Positions 39,074 to 47,839 of a stretch of DNA of 64,000 nucleotides are shown here, in pieces. The DNA is from Candidatus Melainabacteria bacterium (GTDB lineage: Bacteria > Cyanobacteriota > Vampirovibrionia > 2-02-FULL-35-15): positions 1,128 to 65,127 of the forward strand of contig JAHFBF010000007.1 in NCBI GenBank assembly GCA_023250195.1. Reading direction: 5' to 3'. How positions within the stretch are numbered: the first letter of the stretch is position 1; each line of letters begins with the position of its first letter. A model generated the notes under the pieces. It worked only from the letters and a program-made list of their open reading frames with translations, did no database searches and was not told where the DNA came from. The position numbers were made by a program, and so were the translations under genes.

Positions 39074-39188
39074 CAAGCCATTTGGTAAAATATCTAAATC
39101 AATTAAAGATGTTATTTAACCTTTTCAGCTTTTACTATCAATAGTAGAGGGTTGTCTAAGTTAAAGAACCAAAATTCAGGTTAGTTTT

Positions 39189-40151
39189 ATGAGACTATTT
39201 CCACTTAGTTTTTTATTTAGCGCCCCTAGACAAGAACAAAACAACCAAGTTCCTTTTTCTATAGTTGAAGAAAAAACAAAGGTTACCATTAAATTACATA
39301 AGCCAGAAGCTGTTTACCTAAAGAACAAAGTAAATACTGAGATAAGAGAAGAGTTGATTTCACAAATTTCAGCATTTATTTCTCTTGGTAGAGCTGTAGA
39401 AATAAACTGTGGGGAAGTTAATTCAAAGACAAACTATGTTATGGATGAATTGTTAAGCAAAGAAATTATAAATTTAATTGAAAAGCAGGACGATCAAAAA
39501 ATCGAGGCTAAAAAAGAACAACGATTACTTAAAAATTCAAATCGATGGTTCTTTTCTGGCAGAACAAATTATGGTTTTGTTATTTATGAAAAGAAGGAGA
39601 CAGAAGGGAGAGCAAAAATAATTGATTTCAACAGGCTTCCTAAATTTGCAGACTATGTTCCTCAAAGCAATGGTAATAAATATTCAAAAGCTCCTTCTTT
39701 AATTACAGATAAATCAATTTGTTTGTATATGGATCAATTAGATGAACTGTTAAAGGAAAATTCAATCGTACAAATTCGTAGAAGAAGACTTCATGGAAAA
39801 CCTGAAGAGCTTGGAATGTTTGTAGAGAAAAAGCCTGATACCCAGGAAATTATTTTTAACTTCAATGGACAAAATGAAATCCATTTTGATGAATTATTTA
39901 TTCCTTTAGCACTTTATTTTTTAGAAAGAGGATATCCGGTTTTAGTAGAGTGTGATCTTGATGCTTCAGAAGAAGATATTGAAAGAATCAAAGAAAGGAT
40001 TTCTCAAGGAGATATTTACGATCAAGCTTATAAAGGGATACTTAGGAAAACCAGGGCAACAATCTATGTAGAAAGAAGAATCATACACCCTGATATAAAT
40101 CAAGAGTCCAATTTTATAGTTATGAAACCAAATAGAACTCAAGAAACATAG
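39189..40151 (+). CDS. Orphan protein (320 aa), distant paralogue of 38608-39042
   Basis: KVTIKL...REELISQISAFI...VEINCGE versus RVEINL...REAIGRLIAFI...INIHCGD. Confidence 0.7.
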   Translation: MRLFPLSFLFSAPRQEQNNQVPFSIVEEKTKVTIKLHKPEAVYLKNKVNTEIREELISQISAFISLGRAVEINCGEVNSKTNYVMDELLSKEIINLIEKQDDQKIEAKKEQRLLKNSNRWFFSGRTNYGFVIYEKKETEGRAKIIDFNRLPKFADYVPQSNGNKYSKAPSLITDKSICLYMDQLDELLKENSIVQIRRRRLHGKPEELGMFVEKKPDTQEIIFNFNGQNEIHFDELFIPLALYFLERGYPVLVECDLDASEEDIERIKERISQGDIYDQAYKGILRKTRATIYVERRIIHPDINQESNFIVMKPNRTQET

Positions 40152-40157
40152 AAAAAT

Positions 40158-40994
40158 TTATTGTTTTGTATTTTTCCTTTTCTTTATAAGATTCAATTTC
40201 TCCGGTTCAAGCACAGGCAAATTTTCAGAACCCTCTGTTTCTTCGCTTTGAACTTCCACAGGTTTACTAAACATCGTAATAATTTTCCCCGAAACTGATT
40301 TGTTTATACTTTCAGAAAGCCCTCTTGTAAGTTCTATGTCGTTTTCTGCAGAATAGTATTTACCTTTAGTATTCAAAGCAATGCACATCAATTGCTCCTG
40401 AGCAGCCCAGTCATCCTTTACACCAAAACCAACTACATCAATTTTTAAATCTATCCTTGAGCTAAGCAATGTCTGAGAAAGCTGACATGGATCACCTCCG
40501 CAAGTTTCTAAGCCATCACTAATTAAAATAATTGATTTTTCTCCTTTGTATGGAATTAAGTCCTGTACAGCCTGTGAAAGAGAATATGTAATCGGTGTAA
40601 ATCCTCTTGGTAGTATTTTATAAATTTCAGAGATTATTGCTCTTCTGTTATTTATCCCGGGCAAAACAACCAGTCTGGAATCACTACAATCTATGTACTG
40701 ATTTCCAGTAGGATTACTTGCACCATAAACTCTAAGTCCAATATTTATATTCTGCTCTGCTTTTGTGATTACATTTTCAAGAACTCTTTTTGCAATATGA
40801 ACCTTTGTTTCACCACTAATTTTATCTTCCATGCTGCCTGAAGCATCAAAAACTATTAAAACAGATCTAAAAGCTGATGAGTATGGATTTCGTTTTATTG
40901 ATTCCTTATTTAAAAAAGGATTGCTCTGCGAAAAAGCCGAGGTACAAGTAAAAAGAAAGAAGAGAAGAAGTGAGAAATATTTATCTCTTTTCAT
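40158..40994 (-). CDS. Exported von Willebrand factor A domain protein
   Basis: MIDAS DASGSM, TPI and ISDGLETCGGDPC motifs; signal peptide if started at 40994. Confidence 0.88.
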   Translation of the reverse strand: MKRDKYFSLLLFFLFTCTSAFSQSNPFLNKESIKRNPYSSAFRSVLIVFDASGSMEDKISGETKVHIAKRVLENVITKAEQNINIGLRVYGASNPTGNQYIDCSDSRLVVLPGINNRRAIISEIYKILPRGFTPITYSLSQAVQDLIPYKGEKSIILISDGLETCGGDPCQLSQTLLSSRIDLKIDVVGFGVKDDWAAQEQLMCIALNTKGKYYSAENDIELTRGLSESINKSVSGKIITMFSKPVEVQSEETEGSENLPVLEPEKLNLIKKRKNTKQ

Positions 40995-41160
40995 CAAAAA
41001 CCGTGTACTTTGCTTCTTCATGATCACCTGTAAACTCTCCAGATTTCTTTCCCCAAACATATAGGGCTAAAGCAACTACTGCAAAAATTATACAGATAGC
41101 AAAAGCTCCATAATATGCCGCTCCCAGCCCTGCTTGATTTAATACACAATTCGGACACAT
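40981..41160 (-). CDS. CcoS/FixS-like small membrane protein with N-terminal CxxC (59 aa)
   Basis: Manual translation MCPNCVLNQAGLGAAYYGAFAICIIFAVVALALYVWGKKSGEFTGDHEEAKYTVFDEKR; the W-x3-SG-x-F...A...FD pattern resembles CcoS. Confidence 0.6.
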   Translation of the reverse strand: MCPNCVLNQAGLGAAYYGAFAICIIFAVVALALYVWGKKSGEFTGDHEEAKYTVFDEKR

Positions 41161-41169
41161 GAAGTTATC

Positions 41170-41283
41170 CTATTTCCCTTTGCCTTCTTTAGCTCTATAG
41201 CTTTTCGTTTTGAAGACTCCAAAAAGTATGATTGATCCCATAGAAAGAAACAAAAAGATTGTTAAAAGTATTTGTGGATCCAT
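41170..41283 (-). CDS. Small single-TM protein (37 aa)
   Basis: MDPQILLTIFLFLSMGSIILFGVFKTKSYRAKEGKGK; tightly packed with its neighbours. Confidence 0.4.
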   Translation of the reverse strand: MDPQILLTIFLFLSMGSIILFGVFKTKSYRAKEGKGK

Positions 41284-41288
41284 AGTTT

Positions 41289-41414
41289 TTATTTTTCTGA
41301 TTTTTTTTGATTTAGTTTTTTATAGCCAAACTTATTTAAGAAAAATATTCCGACACAAATAGCTATTGCTGTCAAGAAAACCATACAGCCTATATAAATC
41401 AACTCATCATTCAT
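41289..41414 (-). CDS. Small single-TM protein (41 aa)
   Basis: MNDELIYIGCMVFLTAIAICVGIFFLNKFGYKKLNQKKSEK; ATGA overlap with the upstream ORF. Confidence 0.45.
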   Translation of the reverse strand: MNDELIYIGCMVFLTAIAICVGIFFLNKFGYKKLNQKKSEK

Positions 41415-41632
41415 TTCATTCCTTCTTCTAAAATTTCAATACTTCTTACAACAACTATTATACCTAAGTATAAAAGAATTAAGGAAAATATAACCGCAAT
41501 AAATAAATGAAAATTAACTGGTAGTGGTTCAAAATTGAAAAATCTTAAGATTAATCTACCGAATGGTGTCATAAGTATAAGTCCTAGTATTTGAAATAGA
41601 CTTGCCCTATGTTTTTGAGACTCAGTAACCAT
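41411..41632 (-). CDS. Small two-TM membrane protein (73 aa)
   Basis: Two hydrophobic segments; translationally coupled to the next ORF. Confidence 0.55.
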   Translation of the reverse strand: MVTESQKHRASLFQILGLILMTPFGRLILRFFNFEPLPVNFHLFIAVIFSLILLYLGIIVVVRSIEILEEGMK

Positions 41633-41735
41633 AAGTTTAGATTATAAAAACACATGTATAAAATCAATAGATAACTTTATAAACTTGTAACCCACGGTTA
41701 CATAAAAAGATAAAACTTAGTTAATGTTCAAGAAC

Positions 41736-42722
41736 TTATTTCAGATTATTTAAAATTTTAAGAATATCCTTAGCAAAATAACTAATTATAATATCTGCTC
41801 CAGCTCTTTTAATTCCTATAAGCATTTCCAGGATCGCTTTATTTCCATCTATCCAGCCATTTTGTGCTGCAGCTTTTATCATAGAATATTCACCAGATAC
41901 ATTATATGCAGCTATTGGCAAATTAACTTTTTCTTTAACCGCGGAAATAATATCCAGATAAGGCATTGCAGGTTTTACCATAATAATGTCAGCACCTTCT
42001 TTTTCATCAGTTAATGCTTCACAAATAGCTTCACGCTTATTTGCCGGGTTCATCTGATATGATTTTCTGTCTCCAAACTGCGGAGTTGATTCTGCCGCTT
42101 CACGAAATGGACCATAAAATGCGCTTGCATATTTAACTGCATAACTCATAATTGCTACATCCTGAAAACCATTTTGATCAAGAGCATTACGAATAACAGC
42201 AACCATCCCATCCATCATGCCTGACGGTGCAATAATATCTGCACCACTTACAGCCTGGGATACAGCAGTTTTCTTAATTACATCTAAGGTAGGATCATTT
42301 AAAACTTCATCACCAAGCACAATACCACAATGTCCATGCTCCATATATTCACAAAGGCATGTATCATTTACTAAAAGTACATCAGGAAAGGCTTCTTTGA
42401 TTTTCTTATTTGCTCTTTGAATAATTCCTCTTTCATTAAATGCAGAGGTAGCCTCTTTATCTTTCAAATTTGGTATTCCAAATAAAATTATAGACTTGAT
42501 TTCATTTTTACAAAGCTCCTCAATATGCTTAAGTACTCTATCAAGCGAAAACTGATAAATGCCAGGCATGGAATTAATTTTAATTTCCGGCTCATTCCCT
42601 TCATGAACAAATACTGGTGCAATGAACTGTGCCGGGGATAAAACTGTTTCCTGCACAAGACTTCTGATCACTTCGTTTTTACGAAGCCTGCGGGAGCGCA
42701 ACTTTAAATCCATATTCGTCAT
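41736..42722 (-). CDS. hemB: Porphobilinogen synthase
   Basis: RSRRLR, DTCLCEY..HGHCG, SGMMDG, FYGPFR and MVKP motifs. Start adjusted to 42722. Confidence 0.97.
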   Translation of the reverse strand: MTNMDLKLRSRRLRKNEVIRSLVQETVLSPAQFIAPVFVHEGNEPEIKINSMPGIYQFSLDRVLKHIEELCKNEIKSIILFGIPNLKDKEATSAFNERGIIQRANKKIKEAFPDVLLVNDTCLCEYMEHGHCGIVLGDEVLNDPTLDVIKKTAVSQAVSGADIIAPSGMMDGMVAVIRNALDQNGFQDVAIMSYAVKYASAFYGPFREAAESTPQFGDRKSYQMNPANKREAICEALTDEKEGADIIMVKPAMPYLDIISAVKEKVNLPIAAYNVSGEYSMIKAAAQNGWIDGNKAILEMLIGIKRAGADIIISYFAKDILKILNNLK

Positions 42723-42724
42723 GA

Positions 42725-44311
42725 TTATATGCCCTGTAGAGACTTGCCATGAGTCTCTACAGCAGCAAAACATTTCTCCATTGAATTAATCAATCCTTCT
42801 TCCGTAAATGGTTCTGCAATTATATCTACTCTTCCAAACAAATCTCGTGCTATTTTTGAGGTTTCATCACCAATTACGGCAAACAAAGGTTTACTGCGGC
42901 AAGCCTCTACAAGACTATGTTTTTCAATCAATTTATAAAAATGCTTACAGGTATTTGGACTAAACAATGTAATCACATCTAGACCCTCTTTAACTTGATT
43001 TATAATTTCTTGATCTAATTGTTCTATGAAATTGGCCTTGTAGATTCCCCAGGTTGTTATCTGTTGAGACGTTGCATGCAACGTCTCTCCTACTTGGGTT
43101 GGATATAAAATCTTTTTATCTTGTAGACTTGTTCTTTCGCTTAATTCATTTATTAAATCTTCAAAGGAAAATCTTTTTGGTATAAAATCAGCTTTTATAT
43201 TATATTTTTCCAGTTCAAGTTTTGTTTTATATCCTACTGCTGCGATTTGAGATTTAAATAATGCTCTTGAATCATAACAATTTTTTTCTAAGATTTCAAA
43301 GAAAAACTTTACTGCATTTTGACTGGTAAAAAACATCCAGTCAAAGGATGATAAATTATTAATTATATTTTTATTGTATACTTCTTTGTCATTCAACTCA
43401 TAGCTGACTATAGGACAGTTTATCGGCTTAGCGCCTAGTTTGATAAGTTTTGAAGCAAATGAGAAAGACTGCTCTTTTTCTCTTGTAATTAAAACTCTTT
43501 TCCCAAACAATGCTTTTGATTCAAACCAGTTTAATACTTCTCTAAAGTTTACAACTTCTCCTATAATAATTACTGAAGGAGCTTTTATTTTGTTTTTTTC
43601 AATATCCTCAACTACTTCCCCAAGCTTTGATGTAATTGTAATTTGTTTACTTGTTGTCCCCCAGTAAATAATTGCTACTGGAGTATCTTTTGATCTCCCC
43701 AATGAAATAAGTTTACTGGCAATTTTTGGAAGATTTTTTACTCCCATTAAAAGCACAAGTGTACTTTTTGTTGCATCAAAATCATTCCAGTTTATAGAAC
43801 AATCCGGACTGTCAGGATCTTCATGTGCAGTAAGAACAGTAAATGAACTTGTACAATCCCTGTGTGTAAGGGGTATTCCTGCATAAGCAGGAACAGCAGT
43901 AACGCTTGAAACTCCCGGAATAATTTCAAAGTTTATATTATGCTCTTTTAAGAAAACAGCTTCCTCTCCACCACGCCCAAATATATTTGGATCTCCACCT
44001 TTTAAGCGACAAATTATTTTGTACTCTTTAGAGAATTCAAGCAGAAGTTTATTTATCTGCTCCTGACTGATTGATTTTTCATGCTCACCGCCGGCTTTTC
44101 CAACATAAATAAGCAAGGGGTTACTGCGGTAAGGTCCTTCAGTGTTTTTATTGATCGATACTGCATATTCTAAAATTTCTTTTGAAACCAGGCTGTCATA
44201 TACAATAACATCTGCTTTTTCAATTATTTCTTTGGCCTTTACAGTTAAAAGATCCGGATCTCCCGGACCTGCTCCGGTAATATAAATTGTAGATTCAACC
44301 TTATTCTTCAT
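42725..44311 (-). CDS. cobA: Uroporphyrinogen-III C-methyltransferase / uroporphyrinogen-III synthase fusion (CobA-HemD)
   Basis: GAGPGDPDLLT and RLKGGDP.IFGRGGEE, followed by VLITRE, FTSQNAV and AVGYKT. Confidence 0.93.
   Translation of the reverse strand: MKNKVESTIYITGAGPGDPDLLTVKAKEIIEKADVIVYDSLVSKEILEYAVSINKNTEGPYRSNPLLIYVGKAGGEHEKSISQEQINKLLLEFSKEYKIICRLKGGDPNIFGRGGEEAVFLKEHNINFEIIPGVSSVTAVPAYAGIPLTHRDCTSSFTVLTAHEDPDSPDCSINWNDFDATKSTLVLLMGVKNLPKIASKLISLGRSKDTPVAIIYWGTTSKQITITSKLGEVVEDIEKNKIKAPSVIIIGEVVNFREVLNWFESKALFGKRVLITREKEQSFSFASKLIKLGAKPINCPIVSYELNDKEVYNKNIINNLSSFDWMFFTSQNAVKFFFEILEKNCYDSRALFKSQIAAVGYKTKLELEKYNIKADFIPKRFSFEDLINELSERTSLQDKKILYPTQVGETLHATSQQITTWGIYKANFIEQLDQEIINQVKEGLDVITLFSPNTCKHFYKLIEKHSLVEACRSKPLFAVIGDETSKIARDLFGRVDIIAEPFTEEGLINSMEKCFAAVETHGKSLQGI
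42736..42760. repeat. GTAG palindrome at the cobA/hemD 3' end
   Basis: GTAGAGACTTGCCATGAGTCTCTAC, read as VETHGKSL. Confidence 0.85.
42883..42910. repeat. Degenerate GTAG palindrome in cobA/hemD
   Basis: Minus strand GTAGAGGCTTGCCGCAGTAAACCTTTGT, read as VEACRSKPL. Confidence 0.65.
43063..43093. repeat. GTAG palindrome in cobA/hemD
   Basis: GAGACGTTGCATGCAACGTCTC core, read as VGETLHATSQ. Confidence 0.85.
44113..44140. repeat. Degenerate palindrome in cobA
   Basis: GCAAGGGGTTACTGCGGTAAGGTCCTTC, read as EGPYRSNPL in an apparent insertion before YVGK. Confidence 0.55.
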
Positions 44312-44323
44312 AAGAAAACGATA

Positions 44324-45316
44324 TCACACGCCCATAGAGACCCCGCGATTAGGCATCTCTATAAAGATTTCCTGAAGAATCTCTTTAGCCCCCATTTGTA
44401 ATAACGTTTTTGCAAGATTTTCTCCAACCAGTTTACATTCATTTATTTTTAAATTACCAGTATTTTTATCTTTTATATTTTTTTTTCCATCTAGACTTGC
44501 AACCAATCCATATAAAATAATTTGTCCATCTTTAATTTCAGAATAAGCCCCAATTGGTACCTGACAGCCCCCCTGTAAAATTTCTAAAAAAGCCCTCTCT
44601 GCCATTGAAGCTAAATAAGTTTCATTATGATTTAACTTTGAAACTATATTTTCAATATTTTTATCATCCTGTCTAATTTCAATTGCTAAAGCTCCTTGAC
44701 CAACTGCCGGCAAAATATCTTTCGGGTTAAAGTGTTCTGTAATTTTATCCTCAAGTCCAAGTCTTTTGACACCAGCATATGCAAGAATTATTGCATCATA
44801 GCTTCCTTCTTCAAGTTTTCTAATTCTTGTATCAAGATTTCCTCTTAAATCTAAATATTCCAAATCATTTCTTAAAGCTTTCAGCTGTGCAATTCTTCGC
44901 AAGCTTGAGGTACCGATTTTTGATTTTGCTGGCAATGTAACAAACGTAGAAGCGTTGCATGCAACGCTTCTACCGACAATCAACACATCATGGGGTTTTT
45001 CTCTCTTTAAAACTGCACCAAGCTTTAATCCATCAGGTAATTTCGTCGGTAAATCCTTTAAACTATGCACTGCTAAGTCAATTTCTTTTGCTAACAAAGC
45101 ATCTTCAATTTCCCTGGTAAAAAGTCCCTTATCACCAATCTTTGAAAGGGCTACATCTGTAATATGATCACCTTTTGTTTTTATTTCTTTTAAAACAATT
45201 TCCGGTAGTAGCAAACCAGTGTGTTTGCTTAGTTTTAAGAGCTCGTCTCTTATATAATTTGCTTGCCAGATAGCAAGCTTACTGGAGCGAGTGCCAATTG
45301 TAAGTTTATAACCCAA
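44324..45316 (-). CDS. hemC: Hydroxymethylbilane synthase
   Basis: GTRSSKLA.WQ, KGLFT, VHSLKD, GTSSLRR, RGNLDTR and GGCQVP motifs. Confidence 0.97.
   Translation of the reverse strand: MGYKLTIGTRSSKLAIWQANYIRDELLKLSKHTGLLLPEIVLKEIKTKGDHITDVALSKIGDKGLFTREIEDALLAKEIDLAVHSLKDLPTKLPDGLKLGAVLKREKPHDVLIVGRSVACNASTFVTLPAKSKIGTSSLRRIAQLKALRNDLEYLDLRGNLDTRIRKLEEGSYDAIILAYAGVKRLGLEDKITEHFNPKDILPAVGQGALAIEIRQDDKNIENIVSKLNHNETYLASMAERAFLEILQGGCQVPIGAYSEIKDGQIILYGLVASLDGKKNIKDKNTGNLKINECKLVGENLAKTLLQMGAKEILQEIFIEMPNRGVSMGV
44334..44362. repeat. Degenerate GTAG palindrome at the hemC 3' end
   Basis: ATAGAGACCCCGCGATTAGGCATCTCTAT, read as IEMPNRGVSM. Confidence 0.6.
44946..44973. repeat. Perfect 28 bp GTAG palindrome inside hemC
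   Basis: GTAGAAGCGTTGCATGCAACGCTTCTAC, read as GRSVACNAST. Confidence 0.92.
45205..45233. repeat. Degenerate GTAG palindrome in the hemC N-terminal region
   Basis: GTAGTAGCAAACCAGTGTGTTTGCTTAGT, read as LSKHTGLLL. Confidence 0.5.
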
Positions 45317-46643
45317 ATAAATCTCTTATAAGCTGAATTTTGTCTTCTTGAGAACCAGGCAAATGAGACTCCTTCAAAGTTTTAATGGGCAGATGAAGCA
45401 TAGTATTTGTAAGATTATTTACGATATAATCAACTTCTTCTCTTGTAAAAGTGGCTTTGCCACTGGTTAGTTTTGTAAGCTTATCTTTTTTAACACTTTC
45501 AACTTTTTCCTTTAAGTCTTTAATTAATAAATCCAGGTCCTGATTTGCAATTTGTTCATAAAGAGTTTTTGTCCCATTCAAAATAATTTGTTCTGCTTGA
45601 ATCAAATCCTCATTATTTGCATGAATTGTCTTACTATAAGCAGTCTGGAGACTATCTATATCATAGAGCTTTATATTTGGCAGTTTCCCAAATTCAGAAT
45701 CAACATTTCTTGGCATTGAAACATCAAAAACAAATAATTCTTTAGATTGATCTTTTCTGGATTGTTTAAATTGTTCTGCAAAAATAATAAAATGTGGTGC
45801 ACCTGCTGCACAAATCAAGATATCTACATCATTTAAAACATTGTAAATATCTTCAAAAGGAAACGACCTGTCTATTTTATATTTTTCCGAGAATTCAATA
45901 ACTCTATGTGGTGATTTGTTCAATACAACCGTTTCTTTTGAACCCCCAATCTTTAGAATGTGATCCAAAGCAAGTTGTGCCATTTTTCCTGCCCCTAAGA
46001 CCATAATTGATTTTGTTTTAATAGGACCTGAAATATTATTAGCCAGATCAATTGCTGCAGAACTTATGGACTGAGAGTTTTTAGATAAATTTGTTTGTTG
46101 ATGAACCACTTTAGCTGTTTTTATTATGCTTTGAAATAAAAGCTCAAGTGTTTTATCTAAAGTTTTTTCCTTTTGTGCTGTGGAATAAGCAAACTTAACC
46201 TGAGACAAAATCTGAGTTTCACCTAAAACAAGGCTATCAAGTCCGCTTGCAAGTTTAAAGGCATGCTCTGCAACTTCATTTTCTTTCAAAAGAGCACTGT
46301 ATTCCTTTGCTACTTTTATTTCAAGCCCTAAAAACTGTTTAAAGAAGTTTGATATTTCATTCAGTGATTTTTCAAAATCGTTGGATGTAAAGTAAATTTC
46401 TGTTCTGTTGCATGTACTGAGAATAATAAAAGACCTTAGTGTCTTATAATTCTTCAGATTTTGATTTGCTTCAATAAGTCTGTACTCAGGAATTGCAAAT
46501 TTTTCCCTTACTGCAACAGGTGCTGTTTTATGATTTACCGTAAAAAGATACAAGTCTTTTATTGCAGGCAGCAGTAAATTTTTATTTTCAAAAGCTTTAA
46601 ATTCTTTTTCTGAAACATTTTCTTTTACTTGATTTGTAATCAT
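45306..46643 (-). CDS. hemA: Glutamyl-tRNA reductase
   Basis: HKTAPVAVRE, LSTCNRTE, SGLDSLVLGETQI and GAGKM motifs. Confidence 0.96.
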   Translation of the reverse strand: MITNQVKENVSEKEFKAFENKNLLLPAIKDLYLFTVNHKTAPVAVREKFAIPEYRLIEANQNLKNYKTLRSFIILSTCNRTEIYFTSNDFEKSLNEISNFFKQFLGLEIKVAKEYSALLKENEVAEHAFKLASGLDSLVLGETQILSQVKFAYSTAQKEKTLDKTLELLFQSIIKTAKVVHQQTNLSKNSQSISSAAIDLANNISGPIKTKSIMVLGAGKMAQLALDHILKIGGSKETVVLNKSPHRVIEFSEKYKIDRSFPFEDIYNVLNDVDILICAAGAPHFIIFAEQFKQSRKDQSKELFVFDVSMPRNVDSEFGKLPNIKLYDIDSLQTAYSKTIHANNEDLIQAEQIILNGTKTLYEQIANQDLDLLIKDLKEKVESVKKDKLTKLTSGKATFTREEVDYIVNNLTNTMLHLPIKTLKESHLPGSQEDKIQLIRDLFGL

Positions 46644-46728
46644 AAAAATACAGTCTGATTTTATCAAATTTGTATATTATGACGTAACCAAATTGTTATA
46701 CCTTTTAGAGACACAATTAATCGTACTT

Positions 46729-47667
46729 CTACGATTTTTTCGTAAATCTACCTAATAACATACTTAAGATTGATGCTGTTAATTCTCTAGAAAGCTGCTC
46801 TTTCTCTTCAAGCGATAATTGCTCAGAATATTTTGTATTTTGAATAGCTGTTTGGAGCAATTCTTTAACAAGATTAAGGATCCTTTGAAAGACAGGAGAA
46901 CTATTCTCAAAAAGCTTTTTAAATAAATTCTTGATCTTAAAAGCTTGTTTTAAGTTTTGGAAAAGTTGAGAACCTTCCCTCGCTTCAACATCTCTTCCAA
47001 AAGTTCTATGTCTATATTTAATTAACTCTTCAATTAATTTTGGCTCTAATGTTTTTATATTGCCAATTGTATGTGCATTAAATAAAATTTCTGCAGTATG
47101 CTCAAGTAGTTCTGCTTTGTAGAAAGCATCATAAATATCTTTTCCAACAGCTACTGCACCATGCCTATCAAGAATAATGACATCATGTTTCTCAAGAGCA
47201 GAGACTGTTAGTTTTAATTCTTCATCTCTATCTGGTCCAGGGAATGGAATAAAAGCCACCTCACCAAGCTGAACAATTGAATCAGGAAGAACCGGTTCAT
47301 TAAAATCAATTCCACAAACAGTAAGCGAGATTACTTTTGGCGGGTGAGCATGAACAAAAGAATTTATATCAGGTCTTTTTTTGTAAGCAGCTAAATGAAT
47401 TAATAAATCTGACGATGGAACATGCCACGGCATGTCCTTACCAACTGGAAGAATATTTCCATCTAAATCTACAACTACAAAATCTTCTTCGTCTATTAAC
47501 CCTTTATGACTACCTTTTGGAGTAATTAAAATGTTTCCATTATCTAACTTTAAACTAAAGTTCCCATCAAATCCAGAAACCAGGCCATTCTTATAAGCCA
47601 TATGGCAAACCTTCTTAAGATCCTCTCTATGTTTTGTTTCAGTATTTTCCTTTGTCAAAGTTGGCAT
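46729..47667 (-). CDS. Class II aldolase/adducin family protein with C-terminal helical extension
   Basis: DGNFS, ITPKG, PSSD...H, HAH and RHG motifs. Confidence 0.85.
   Translation of the reverse strand: MPTLTKENTETKHREDLKKVCHMAYKNGLVSGFDGNFSLKLDNGNILITPKGSHKGLIDEEDFVVVDLDGNILPVGKDMPWHVPSSDLLIHLAAYKKRPDINSFVHAHPPKVISLTVCGIDFNEPVLPDSIVQLGEVAFIPFPGPDRDEELKLTVSALEKHDVIILDRHGAVAVGKDIYDAFYKAELLEHTAEILFNAHTIGNIKTLEPKLIEELIKYRHRTFGRDVEAREGSQLFQNLKQAFKIKNLFKKLFENSSPVFQRILNLVKELLQTAIQNTKYSEQLSLEEKEQLSRELTASILSMLLGRFTKKS
47414..47441. repeat. GTAG-type palindrome inside the aldolase gene
   Basis: Minus strand GTAAGGACATGCCGTGGCATGTTCCATC, read as GKDMPWHVPS. Confidence 0.75.
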
Positions 47668-47709
47668 ATGTAACATTATAATATCGGAGATATAAAGAAA
47701 AACGTAGTG

Positions 47710-47807
47710 CGTCATTGCGAGGAGTCCGCCTTTGGCGGACGACGAAGCAATCTCAAAACGTGAATTAGTTAGTAAGATTGCTTCGGGCTAAAGCCCTCGC
47801 AATGACG
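47710..47807. mobile_element. CGTC-tagged palindromic element (MITE/REP-like) with 13 bp terminal inverted repeats
   Basis: CGTCATTGCGAGG...CCTCGCAATGACG with internal GAAGCAATCT/AGATTGCTTC arms; homologous to 53084-53172. Confidence 0.85.
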
Positions 47808-47839
47808 TGACAAGTTATAATTTCATTGTTACATACCAT

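Noticed and set aside
47710-47807. tRNA or riboswitch upstream of uvrB
   Set aside because: The GC-rich structure has terminal inverted repeats and dispersed copies, and no T-loop or anticodon cloverleaf.
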